A stretch of DNA of 64,000 bases, taken from the NCBI RefSeq assembly GCF_009914755.1, contig NC_060927.1. The stretch is one strand, 5' to 3'. The notes below the pieces were generated by a model. It was not told the DNA's origin. It searched no databases and saw only the letters and a program-made list of their open reading frames with translations. The position numbers and the translations under genes are program-made. This document shows positions 30,701-45,186 of this stretch, one piece after another (the stretch's first letter is position 1; each line of letters begins with the position of its first letter). Source of the DNA: the human T2T-CHM13v2.0 reference genome, Homo sapiens.

Positions 30701-31545
30701 AAATATATATTATACAGTGTACACGAAATATCAAAATTTACAAAATATATGTTATATAATGTACATAAAATATCAAAGTACCCAAAGCAAGTATTATATA
30801 CTGTACATAAAAGATGAAAGTACATCAAATATATATTTTATTCTGTACATAAAATATCAAAGTACACCAGATATATATTTTATAGTGTACATAAAATATC
30901 AAGGTACCCAAACTATACATTATATACTGTACATAAAATATGAAATTACATCAAATATATATTATATTAGGTACGTAAAATATGAAAGTACATCAAATAT
31001 AGATTATATACTGTACATAATATATAAAAGAACCCCAACTATATATTATATACTGTACATGAAATATCAAAATACACAAACTATATATTATATACTGTAC
31101 ATAAAATATCAAAGTACCCAAGGTATATATTCTATACTGTACAAAAAATATCAAAGTACCCAAAGCATGTATTATATACTGCACATAAAATATGAAAGTA
31201 CATCAAATATATATTTTATTCTGTACATAAAATAACAAAGTACACCAGATATATATTTTATAGTGTACATAAAATATGAAATTACCCAAACTATACATTA
31301 CATACTGTACATAAAATATGGAATTACATCAAATATATATTATATTAGGTACGTAAAATATGAAAGTACATCAAATATAGATTATATACCATACATAAAA
31401 TATAAAGGAACCCCAAATATATATGATATACTGTACATGAAATATCAAAGTTCACAAACTATATATTATATACTGTACATAAAATATCAATGTACCCAAG
31501 GTATATATTCTATAGTGTACAAAAAATATCAAAGTACCCAAAGCA
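27740..31545 (+). repeat. Tandem duplication, period 1932 bp (46 monomers)
   Basis: ORF pairs 28111/30043, 28699/30631, 28785/30717 and 29331/31263. GGATCC occurs at 27921 and 29853. Confidence 0.88.
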
Positions 31546-31599
31546 TGTATTATATACTGTACATAAAATATGAAAGTACATCAAATATATATTTTATTC

Positions 31600-34500
31600 T
31601 GTACATAAAATATCAAAGTACACGCAATATATATTCTATACTGTACATAAAATATAAAAGTACCCAAACTATACATTACATCCTTTACATAAAAGGTGAG
31701 ATTACATCAAAAATATATTATATTAGGTACGTAAAATATGAAAGTACATCAAATATAGATTATATGCTGTACATAAAATACCAAAGTACCCCAAATATAT
31801 ATTTTATACTGTACATGAAATATCAAAGTTCTCAAACTATATATTATATACTGTACATAAAATATCCAAGTACCCAAGGTATATATTCTATACTGTACAA
31901 AAAATATCAAAGTACCCAAAGCATGTATTATATGCTGTACATAAAATATGAAAGTACATCAAATATATATTTTATTCTGTACATAAAATATCAAAGTACA
32001 CCAAATATATATTCTATACTGTACATAAAATATCAAAATACCCAAACTATACAGTATATACTGTACATAAAATATGAAATTACATCAAATATATATTATA
32101 TTAGGTACATAAAATATGAAAGTACATCAAATATAGATTATATACTGTACATAAAATATCAAAGTACCCAAATATATTTTATATACTGTACATGAAATAT
32201 CAAAGTTCACAAACTATATATTATATACTGTACATAAAATATCAAAGTACCCAAGGTATATATTCTACACTGTACAAAAAATATCAAAGTACCCAAAGCA
32301 TGTATTATATACTGTACATAAAATATGAAAGTACATCAAATATATATTTTATTCTGTACATAAAATAACAAAGTACACCAGATATATATTTTATAGTGTA
32401 CATAAATTATCAAAGTACCCAAACTATACATTACATGCTGTACATAAAATATGAAATGATATCAAATATATATTATATTAGGAACATAAAATATGAAAGT
32501 ACAACAAATATAGATTATTAACTGTACATAAAATATCAAAGAACCCCAAATATATATTATATACTGTACATGAGATATCAAACTTCACAAACTATATATT
32601 ATATAGTGTACATAAAATATCAAAGTACCCAAGGTATATATTCTATACTGTACAAAAAATATCAAAGTACCCAAAGCATGTATTATATACTGTACATAAA
32701 AGATGAAAGTACATCAAATATATATTTTATTCTGTACATAAAATATCAATGTACACCAGATATATATTTTATAGTGTACATAAAATATCAATGTACCCAA
32801 ACTATACATTATATACTGTACATGAAATATGAAATTACATCAAATATATATTATATTAGGTACCTAAAATATGAAAGTACATCAAATATAGATTATTAAC
32901 TGTACATAAAATATCAAAGAACCCCAAATATATATTATATACTGTACATGAAATATCAAAGTTCACAAACTATATATTATATACTGTACACAAAATATCA
33001 AAGTACCCAAGGTATATATTCTATACTATACAAAAAATATCAAAGTACCCAAAGCATGTATTATATACTGTACATAAAATATGAAAGTACATCAAATATA
33101 TATTTTATTCTGTACATAAAATATCAAAGTACACCACATATATATTTTATTGTGTACATAAAATATCAAAGTACACAAACTATACATTATATACTGTACA
33201 TAAAATATGAAATTACATCAAATATATATTGTATTATGTACATAAAATATGAAAGTACATCAAATATAGATTATTAACTGTACATAAAATATCAAAGTAC
33301 CCCAAATATATATTATATAGTGTACATGAAATATCAAAGTTCACAAACTATTTATTATATACTGTACATAAAATATCAAAGTACCCAAGGTATATATTCT
33401 ATACTGTACAAAAAATATCAAAGTACCCTAAGCATGTATTATATACTGTACATAAAATATGAAAGTACATCAAATATATATTTTATTCTGTACATAAAAT
33501 ATCAAAGTACACCACATATATATTTTATAGTGTACATAAAATATCAAAGTACCCAAACTATACATTATATACTGTACATAAAATATGAAATTACATCAAA
33601 TATATATTATATTAGGTACATAAAATATGAAAGTACATAAAATATAGATGATATACTGTACATAAAATATCAAAGTAGCCCAAATATATATTATACAGTG
33701 TACATGAAATATCAAAATTTACAAAATATATATTATATAATGTACATAAAATATCAAAGTAACCAAAGCAAGTATTATATACTGTACATAAAACATGAAA
33801 GTACATCAAATATATATTTTATTCTGTACCTAAAATATCAAAGTACACCAGATATATATTCTATAGTGTACATAAAATATAAAAGTACTCAAACTATACA
33901 TTATATACTGTACATAAAATATGAAATTACATCAAATATATATTATATTAGGTACGTAAAATATGAAAGTACATCAAATATAGATTATATATTGTGCATA
34001 AAATATAAAAGTACCCCAAATATATATTATATACTGTACATGAAATATCAAAATACACAAACTATATATTATATACTGTACATAATATATCAAAGTACCC
34101 AAGGTATATGTTCTATGCTGTACAAAAAATATCAAAGTACCCAAACCATGTATTATATACTGTACATAAAATATGAAATTACAACAAATATATATTTTAT
34201 TCTGTACATAAAATATCAAAGTACATCAGATATATATTTTATAGTGTACATAAAATATCAAATTACCGAAACTATACATTATATCGTGTACATAAAATAT
34301 GAAATTACATCAAATATATATTATATTAGGTACGTAAAATATGAAAGTACATCAAATATAGATTATTAACTGTACATAAAATATCAAAGTACCCCAAATA
34401 TATATTATATACTGTACATGAAATATCAAATTTCACAAACTATATATTATATACTGTAGATAAAATATCAAAGTACCCAAGGTATATATTCTATACTGTA

Positions 34501-35690
34501 CAAAAAATATCAAAGTACCCAAAGCATGTATTATATACTATACATAAATATTAAAGTACATCAAATATATATTTTACCCTGTAAATAAAATATCAAAGTA
34601 CACGAGATATATATTTTATAGTGTACATAAAATATCAAAGTACCCAAACTATATATTATATACTGTACATAAAATATGAAATTACATCAAATATATATTA
34701 TATTAGGTACCTAAAATATGAAAGTACATCAAATATAGATTATTAACTGTACATAAAATATCAAAGAACGCCAAATATATATTATATACTCTACATGAAA
34801 TATCAACGTTCGCAAACTATATATTATATACTGTAGATAAAATATCAAAGTACCCAAGGTATATATTCTATACTGTACAAAATATATCAAAGTATCCAAA
34901 GCATGTATTATACACTGTACATAAAATATGAAAGTACATCAAATATGTATATTATTCTGTACCTAAAACATCAAAGTACACCAGATATATATTTTATAGT
35001 GTACATAAAATATCAAAGTACCCAAACTATACATTATATACTGTACATAAAATATGAAATTACATCAAATATGTATTATATTAGGTACCTAAAATATGAA
35101 AGTACATCAAATATAGATTATTAACTGTACATAAAATATCAAAGTACCCCAAATATATATTATATAGTGTACATGAAATATCAAAGTTCACAAACTATAT
35201 ATTATATACTGTACATAAAATATCAAAGTACCCAAGGTATATATTCTATACTGTGCAAAAAATATCAAAGTACCCAAAGCATGTATTATATACTGTACAT
35301 AAAATATAAAAGTACTTCATATATATATTTTATTCTGTACATAAGATATCAAAGTAAACCGAATATATATTCTATACTGTACATAAAATATCAAAGTACC
35401 CAAACTATACATTATATAGTGTACATAAAATATGAAATTACATAAAAATATATTATATTAGGTACATAAAATATGAAAGTACATCAAATATAGATTATAT
35501 ACTGTACATAAAATATCAAAGTACCCCAAATATATATTATATACTGTACATGAAATATCAAATTTCACAAACTATATTTTATATACTGTACATAAAATAT
35601 GAATATACCCAAGGTACATATTCTATACTGTACAAAAAATATCAAAGTACCCAAACCATGTATTATATACTGTACATAAAATATGAAATT
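31600..35690 (+). repeat. Diverged, less homogenised HSat1A layer
   Basis: Many private substitutions (CACGCAATAT 31621, TCCTTTACATAAAAGGTGAG 31681, GAACGCC ~34766, TCAACGTTCGC ~34803), 1-bp deletions (~32169, ~34550) and a recurrent local marker GATTATTAACTG (~32513, 32891, 33269, 34361, 34738, 35116). No near-identical kb-scale duplicate was seen. Confidence 0.75.
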
Positions 35691-37939
35691 ACATCAAATA
35701 TATATTATATTAGGTACATAAAATATGAAAGTACATCAAATATAGATTATATACTGTACATAAAATATCAAAGTACCCCAAATATATATTATATACTCTA
35801 CATGAAATATCAAAGTTCACAAACTATATATTATGTACTGTACATAAAATATCAAAGTACCCAAGGTATATATTCTATACTGCACAAAAAATATCAAAGT
35901 ACCCAAAGCATGTATTATATACTGTATATAAAATATGAAAGTACATCAAATATATATTTTATTCTGTACATAAAATATCAAAGTACACCAGATATATATT
36001 CTATAGTGTACATAAAATAACAAAGTACAAAAACTATAAATTATATACTGTACATAAAATATGAAATTACATCAAATATATATTAGGTACATAAAATATG
36101 AAAGTACATCAAATATAGATTATACACTGTACATAAAATATCAATGTACCCCAAATATATATTTTATACTTGACATGAAATATCAAAGTTCACAAACCGT
36201 ATATTATTTACTGTACATAAAATATCAAAGTACCCAAGGTATATATTCTATACTCTACAAAAAATATCAAAGTACCCAAAGCATGTATTATATACTGTAC
36301 AGAAAATATGAAACTACATCAAATATATTTTTTATTCTGTATATAAAATATCAAAGTACGCCAGATATATATTCTATAGTGTACATAAAATATCAAAGTA
36401 CCCAAACTGTACATTATATACTGTACATAAAATATGAAATTACATCAAATATATATTATATTAGGTACATAAAATATGAAAGTACATCAAATATAGATTA
36501 TATACTGTACATAAAATATCAAAGTACCCCAAATATATTTTATATACTGTACATGAAATATCAAAGTTCACAAACTATATATTATATACTGTACATAAAA
36601 TATCAAAGTACCCAAGGTATATATTCTATACTGTACAAAAAATATCAAAGTACCCAAAGCATGTATTATATACTGTACATAAAATATGAAAGTACATCAA
36701 ATATATATTTTATTCTGTACATAAAATATCAAAGTACACCAGATATATATTCTATAGTGTACATAAAATAACAAAGTACACAAACCATAAATTATATACT
36801 GTACATAAAATATGACATTACATCAAATATATATTAGGTACATAAAATATGAAAGTACATCAAATATAGATTATATACTGTACATAAAATATCAATGTAC
36901 CCCAAATATATATTTTATACTCTACATGAAATATCAAAGTTCACAAACTATATATTATATACTGTACATAAAATATCAAAGTACCCAAGGTATATATTCT
37001 ATACTGTACAAAAAATATCAAAGTACCCAAAGCATGTATTATATACTGTACATAAAATATGAAAGTACATCAAATATATATTTTATTCTGTACATAAAAT
37101 ATCAAAGTACACCAGATATATATTCTATAGTGTACATAAAATATCAAAGTACCCAAACTATACCTTATATACTGTACATAAAATATGAAATTACATCAAA
37201 TATATATTATATTAGGTACATAAAATATGAAAGTACATCAAATATAGATTATATACTGTACATAAAATATCAAAGTACCCCAAATATATATTATATACTC
37301 TACATGAAATATCAAAGTTCACAAACTATATATTATATACTGTACATAAAATATCAAAGTACCCAAGGTATATATTCTATAATATACAAAAAATATCAAA
37401 CTACCCAAAGCGTGTATTATATACTGTATATAAAATATGAAATTACATCAAATATATATTTTATTCTATACATAAAATATCAAAGTACACCAGATATATA
37501 TTCTACAGTGTACATAAAATATCAAAGTACCCATACTATACATTATATACTGTACATAAAATATGAAATTACATCAAATATATATTATATTAGGTACATA
37601 AAATACGAAAGTACATCAAATATAGATTATATACTGTACATAAAATATCAAAGTACCCCAAATATATATTATACACTCTACATGAAATATCAAAGTTCAC
37701 AAACTATATATTATATACTGTACATAAAATATCAAAGTAACCAAGGTATATATTCTATACTGTACAAAAAATATCAAAGTACCCAAAGCATGTATTATGT
37801 ACTGTATATAAAATATGAAAGTACATCAAATATATATTTTATTCTGTACATAAAATATCAAAGTACACCAGATATATATTCTATAGTGTACATAAAATAA
37901 CAAAGTACAAAAACTATAAATTATATACTGTACATAAAA

Positions 37940-40900
37940 TATGAAATTACATCAAATACATATTAGGTACATAAAATATGAAAGTACATCAAATATAGAT
38001 TATATACTGTACATAAAATATCAATGTACCCCAAATATATATTTTATACTCTACATGAAATATCAAACTTCAGAAACCATATATTGTATACTGTACATAA
38101 AATATCAAAATACCCAAGGTATATATTCTATACTGTACAAAAAATATCAAAGTACCCAAAGCATGTATTATATACTGTACATAAAATATGAGAGTACATC
38201 AAATATATATTTTATTCTGTACATAAAATATCAAAGTACACCAGATATATATTCTATAGTGTACATAAAATATCAAAGTACCCAAACTATACATTATATA
38301 CTGTACATAAAATATGAAATTACATCAAATATGTATTATATTAGGTACACAAAATATGAAAGTACATCAAATATAGATTATATACTCTACATTAAATACC
38401 AAAGTACCCCAAATATATATTTTATACTGTACATGAAATATCAAAGTTCACAAACTATATATTATATACTGTACATAAAATATCAAAGTACCCAAGGTAT
38501 ATATTCTATACTGTACAAAAAATATCAAAGTACCCAAAGCATGTATTATAAACTGTACATAAAATATGAAAGTACATCAACTATATATTTTATTCTGTAC
38601 ATAAAATATCAAAGTATACCAGAGATATATTCTATAGTGTACATAAAATATCAAAGTACCCAAACTATACATTATATACTGTACATAAAATATGAAATTA
38701 CATCAAATATATATTATATTAGGTACATAAAATATGAAAGTACATCAAATATAGATTATATACTGTACATAAAATATCAAAGTACCCAAATATATATTAT
38801 ATACTCTACAGGAAATATCAAAGCTCACACACTATATATTATATACTGTACATAAAATATCAAAGTACCCAAGGTATATATTCTATACTGTACAAAAAAT
38901 ATCAAAGTACCCAAAGCATGTATTATATACGGTATGTAAAATATGAAATTACATCAAATATATATTTTATTCTGTACGTAAAATATCAAAGTACACCAGA
39001 TATATATTCTATAGTGTACATAAAATAACAAAGTACACAAACTATAAATTATATACTGTACATAAAATACGAAATTACATCAAATATATATTAGGTACAT
39101 AAAATATGAAAGTAAATGAAATATAGATTATATACTGTACATAAAATATCAATGTACCCCAAATATATATTATATACTCTACAGGAAATATCAAAGTTCA
39201 CAAACCATATATTATATACTGTACATAAAATATCAAAGTACCCAAGGTATATATTCTATACTGTACAAAAAATATCAAAGTACACAAAGCATGTATTATA
39301 TACTGTATATAAAATATGATAGTACATCAAATATATATTTTATTCTGTACATAAAATTTCAAAGTACACCAGATATATATTCTATAGTGTACATAAAATA
39401 ACAAAGTACACAAACTATAAATTATATACTGTACATAAAATATGAAATTACATCAAATATATATTAGGTACATAAAATATGAAAGTACATCAAATATAGA
39501 TTATATACTGTACATAAAATATCAAAGTAACCCAAATATATATTATATACTGTACATGAAATATCAAAGTTCACAAACTATATATTATATACTGTACATA
39601 AAACATCAAAGTACCCAAGGTATATATTCTATACTGTACAAAAAATATCAAAGTACCCAAAGCATGTATTATATACTGTACATAAAATATGAAAGTACAT
39701 CAAATATATATTTTATTCTGTACATAAAATATCAAAGTACACCAGATATATATTCTATAGTGTACATAAAATATCAAAGTACCCAAAGTATACATTATAT
39801 ACTGTACATAAAATATGAAATTACATCAAATAAATATTATATTAGGTACATAAAATATGAAAGTACATCAAATATAGATTATATACTGTACATTAAATAC
39901 CAAAGTACCCCAAATATATATTTTATACTGTACATGAAATATCAAAGTTCACAAACTATATATTATATACTGTACATAAAATATCAAAGTACCCAAGGTA
40001 TATATTCTATACTGTACAAAAAATATCAAAGTACCCAAAGCATGTATTATAAACTGTACATAAAATATGAAAGTACATCAACTATATATTTTATTCTGTA
40101 CATAAAATATCAAAGTACACCAGAGATATATTCTATAGTGTACATAAAATATCAAAGTACCCAAACTATACATTATATACTGTACATAAAATATGAAATA
40201 ACATCAAATATATATTATATTAGGTACATAAAATATGAAAGTACATCAAATATAGATTATATACTGTACATAAAATATCAAAGTACGCAAATATATATTA
40301 TATGCTCTACAGGAAATATCAAAGTTCACACACTATATATTATATACTGTACATAAAATATCAAAGTACCCAAGTATATATTCTATACTGTACAAAAAAT
40401 ATCAAAGTACCCAAAGCATGTATTATATACTGTATGTAAAATATGAAATTACATCAAATATATATTTTATTCTGTACATAAAATATCAAAGTACACCAGA
40501 TATATATTCTATAGTGTACATAAAATAACAAAGTACACAAACTATAAATTATATACTGTACATAAAATATGAAATTACATCAAATATATATTAGGTACAT
40601 AAAATATGAAAGTAAATCAAATATAGATTATATACTGTACATAAAATATCAATGTACCCCAAATATATATTATATACTCTACAGGAAATATCAAAGTTCA
40701 CAAACCATATATTATATACTGTACAAAAAATATCAAAGTACCCAAGGTATATATTCTATACAGTACAAAAAATATCAAAGTACCCAAAGCATGTATTATA
40801 TACTGTATATAAAATATGAAAGTACATCAAATATATATTTTATTCTGTACATAAAATATCAAAGTACACCAGATATATATTCTGTAGTGTACATAAAATA

Positions 40901-43000
40901 ACAAAGTACACAAACTATAAATTATATACTGTACATAAAATATGAAATTACATCAAATATATATTAGGTACATAAAATATGAAAGTACATCAAATATAGA
41001 TTATATACTGTACATAAAATATCAAAGTACCCCAAATATATATTATATACTGTACATGAAATATCAAAGCTCACAAACTATATATTATATAATGTACATA
41101 AAATATCAAAGTACCCAAGGTATATATTCTATACTGTACAAAAAATATCAAAGTACCCAAAGCATGTATTATATACTGTACATAAAATATGAAAGTACAT
41201 CAAATATATATTTTATTCTGTACATAAAATATCAAAGTACACCAGATATATATTCTAAGGTGTACATAAAATATCAAAGTACCCAAACTATACATTATAT
41301 ACTGTACATAAAATATGAAATTATATCAAATATGTATTATATTAGGTACATAAAATATGAAAGTACATCATATATAGATTATATACTGTACATTAAATAC
41401 CAAAGTACCCCAAATATATATTTTATACTGTACATGAAATATCAAAGTTCACAAACTATATATTATATACTGTACATAAAATATCAAAGTACCCAAGGTA
41501 TATATTCTATACTGTACAAAAAATATCAAAGTACCCAAAGCATGTATTATATACTGTACATAAAATATGAAAGTACATCAAATATATATTTTATTCTGTA
41601 CATAAAATATCAAAGTACACCAGATATATATTCTATAGTGTACATAAAATATCAAAGTACCCAAACTATACATTATATACTGTACATAAAATATGAAATT
41701 ACATCAAATATATATTATATTAGGTACATAAAATATGAAAGTACATCAAATATAGATTATATACTGTACATTAAATACCAAAGTACCCCAAATATATATT
41801 TTATACTGTACATGAAATATCAAAGTTCACAAACTATATATTATATACTGTACATAAAATATCAAAGTACCCAAGGTATATATTCTATACTGTACAAAAA
41901 ATATCAAAGTACCCAAAGCATGTATTATAAACTGTACATAAAATATGAAAGTAGATCAACTATATATTTTATTCTGTACATAAAATATCAAAGTACACCA
42001 GAGATATATTCTATAGTGTACATAAAATATCAAAGTACCCAAACTATACATTATATACTGTACATAAAATATGAAATAACATCAAATATATATTATATTA
42101 GGTACATAAAATATGAAAGTACATCAAATATAGATTATATACTGTACATAAAATATCAAAGTACCCAAATATATATTATATGCTCTATAGGAAATATCAA
42201 AGTTCACACACTATATATTATATACTGTACATAAAATATCAAAGTACCCAAGGTATATATTCTATACTGTACAAAAAATATCAAAGTACCCAAAGCATGT
42301 ATTATATACTGTATGTAAAATATGAAATTACATCAAATATATATTTTATTCTGTACATAAAATATCAAAGTACACCAGATATATATTCTATAGTGTACAT
42401 AAAATAACAAAGTACACAAACTATAAATTATATACTGTACATAAAATATGAAATTACATCAAATATATATTAGGTACATAAAATATGAAAGTAAATCAAA
42501 TATAGATTATATACTGTACATAAAATATCAATGTACCCCAAATATATATTATATACTCTACAGGAAATATCAAAGTTCACAAACCATATATTATATACTG
42601 TACATTAAATATCAAAGTACCCAAGGTATATATTCTATACTGTACAAAAAATATCAAAGTACCCAAAGCATGTATTTTATACTGTATATAAAATATGAAA
42701 GTACATCAAATATATATTTTATTCTGTACATAAAATATCAAAGTACACCAGATATATATTCTATAGTGTACATAAAATAACAAAGTACACAAACTATAAA
42801 TTATATACTGTATATAAAATATGAAATTACATCAAATATATATTAGGTACATAAAATATGAAAGTACATCAAATATAGATTATATACTGTACATAAAATA
42901 TCAAAGTACCCCAAATATATATTATATACTGTACATGAAATATCAAAGTTCACAAACTATATATTATATACTGTACATAAAATATCAAAGTACCCAAGGT
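37940..43000 (+). repeat. Three tandem copies of a ~1.5-kb block (spacings 1501 and ~1878 bp)
   Basis: Marker CCAGAGATAT at ~38620, 40121 and 41999, together with TCAACTATAT, TATAAACTG, CTCTACAGG and GAAAGTAAAT. ORFs 37941/39442 (both 304 aa), 40569/42448 and 40942/42821. Confidence 0.8.
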
Positions 43001-45186
43001 ATATATTCTATACTGTACAAAAAATATCAAAGTACCCAAAGCATGTATTATATACTGTACATAAAATATGAAAGTACATCAAATATATATTTTATTCTGT
43101 ACATAAAATATCAAAGTACACCAGATATATATTCTATAGTGTACATAAAATATCAAAGTACCCAAACTATACATTATATACTGTACATAAAATATGAAAT
43201 TACATCAAATATATATTGTATTAGGTACATAAAATATGAAAGTACATCAAATATAGATTATATACTGTACATTAAATACCAAAGTACCCCAAATCTATAT
43301 TTTATACTGTACATGAAATATCAAAGTTCACAAACTATATATTATATTCTGTACATATAATATCAAAGTACCCAAGGTATATATTCTATACTGTACAAAA
43401 AATAACAAAGTACCAAAAGCATGTATTATATACTGTACCTAAAATATTAAAGTACATCAATTATATATTTTATTCTGTACATAAAATATCAAAGTACACC
43501 AGATATATATTCTATAGTGTACATAAAATATCAAAGTACCCAAACTATAAATTATATACTGTACATAAAATATGAAATTACATCAAATATATATTAGGTA
43601 CATAAAATATGAAAGTACATCAAATATAGATTATATACTGTACATAAAATATCAATGTACCCCAAATATATATTTTATACTCGACATGAAATATCAAAGT
43701 TCACAAACCATATATTATATACTGTACATAAAATATCAAAGTACCCAAGGTATATATTCTATACTGTACAAAAAATATGAAAGTACCCAAAGCATGTATT
43801 ATATACTGTACATAAAATATGAAAGTACATCAAATATATTTTTTATTCTGTATATAAAATATCAAAGTACACCAGATATATATTCTATACTGTACATAAA
43901 ATATCAAAGTACACAAACTATACATTATATACTGTACATAAAATATGAAATTACATCAAATATATATTATATTAGGTACATAAAATATGAAAGTACATCA
44001 AATATAGATTACATACTGTACATAAAATATCAAAGTACCCCAAATATATATTATATACTCTACATGAAATATCAAGGTTCACAAACTATATATTATATAC
44101 CGTACATAAAATATCAAAGTACCCAAGGTATATATTCTATACTGTACAAAAAATATCAAAGTACCTAAAGCATGTATTATATACTGTATATAAAATATGA
44201 AAGTACATAAAATATATATTTTATTCTGTACATAAAATATCAAAGTACACCAGATATATATTCTATAGTGTACATAAAATAACAAAGTACACAAACTATA
44301 AATTATATACTTTACATAAAATATGAAATTACATCAAATATATATTAGGTACATAAAATATGAAAGTACATCAAATATAGATTATATACTGTACATAAAA
44401 TATCAATGTACCCCAAATATATATTTTATACTCTACATGAAATATCAAAGTTCACAATCCATATATTATATACTGTACATAAAATATCAAAGTACCCAAG
44501 GTATATATTCTATACTATACAAAAAATATCAAAGTACCCAAAGCATGTATTATATACTGTATATAAAATATGAAAGTACATCAAATATATATTTTATTCT
44601 GTACATATAATAACAAAGTACACCAGATATATATTCTATAGTGTTCATAAAATATCAAAGTACCCAAAATATACATTATATACTGTACATAAAATATGAA
44701 ATTACATCAAATATATATTATATTAGGTACATAAAATATGAAAGTACATCAAATATAGATTATATACTGTACATAAAATATCAAAGTACCCCAAATATAT
44801 ATTATATACTCTACATGAAATATGAAAGTTCACAAACTATATATTATATACTGTATATAAAATATCAAAGTACCCAAGGCATATATTCTATACTGTACAA
44901 AAAATATCAAAGTACCCAAAGCATGTATTATATACTGTATATAAAATATGAAAGTACATCAAATATATATTTTATTCTGTACATAAAATATCAAAGTACA
45001 CCAGATATATATTCTATAGTGTACATAAAATAACAAAGTACAAAAACTATAAATTATATACTGTACATAAAATATGAAATTACATCAAATATATATTAGG
45101 TACATAAAATATGAAAGTACATCAAATATAGATTATATGCTGTACATAAAATATCAATGTACCCCAAATATATATTTTATACTCGA

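Larger units (their letters stand above)
12780..31545 (+). repeat. HSat1A domain B: distinct sequence subfamily with 378-bp, 588-bp (14-mer) and 6-mer units
   Basis: Diagnostic variants concentrated here are ACCATACATAAAATATAAAGGAACCCCAAATATATATGATATAC (first ~12785, last ~31390), GGTACGTAAAA, TATGGAATTAC, CTGTAGATAAAA, CTGTAAAAAAAATATC and GATATATATTTTATAGTG. No 5-bp-deleted monomer 1 was seen. Confidence 0.88.

Noticed and set aside
12994-33809. Recurrent 65-aa minus-strand ORF (MMYFHLLCTVYNTCFGYFD...)
   Set aside because: It is just the reverse translation of the 8-mer cassette. It is useful as a copy marker but is not evidence of a peptide.
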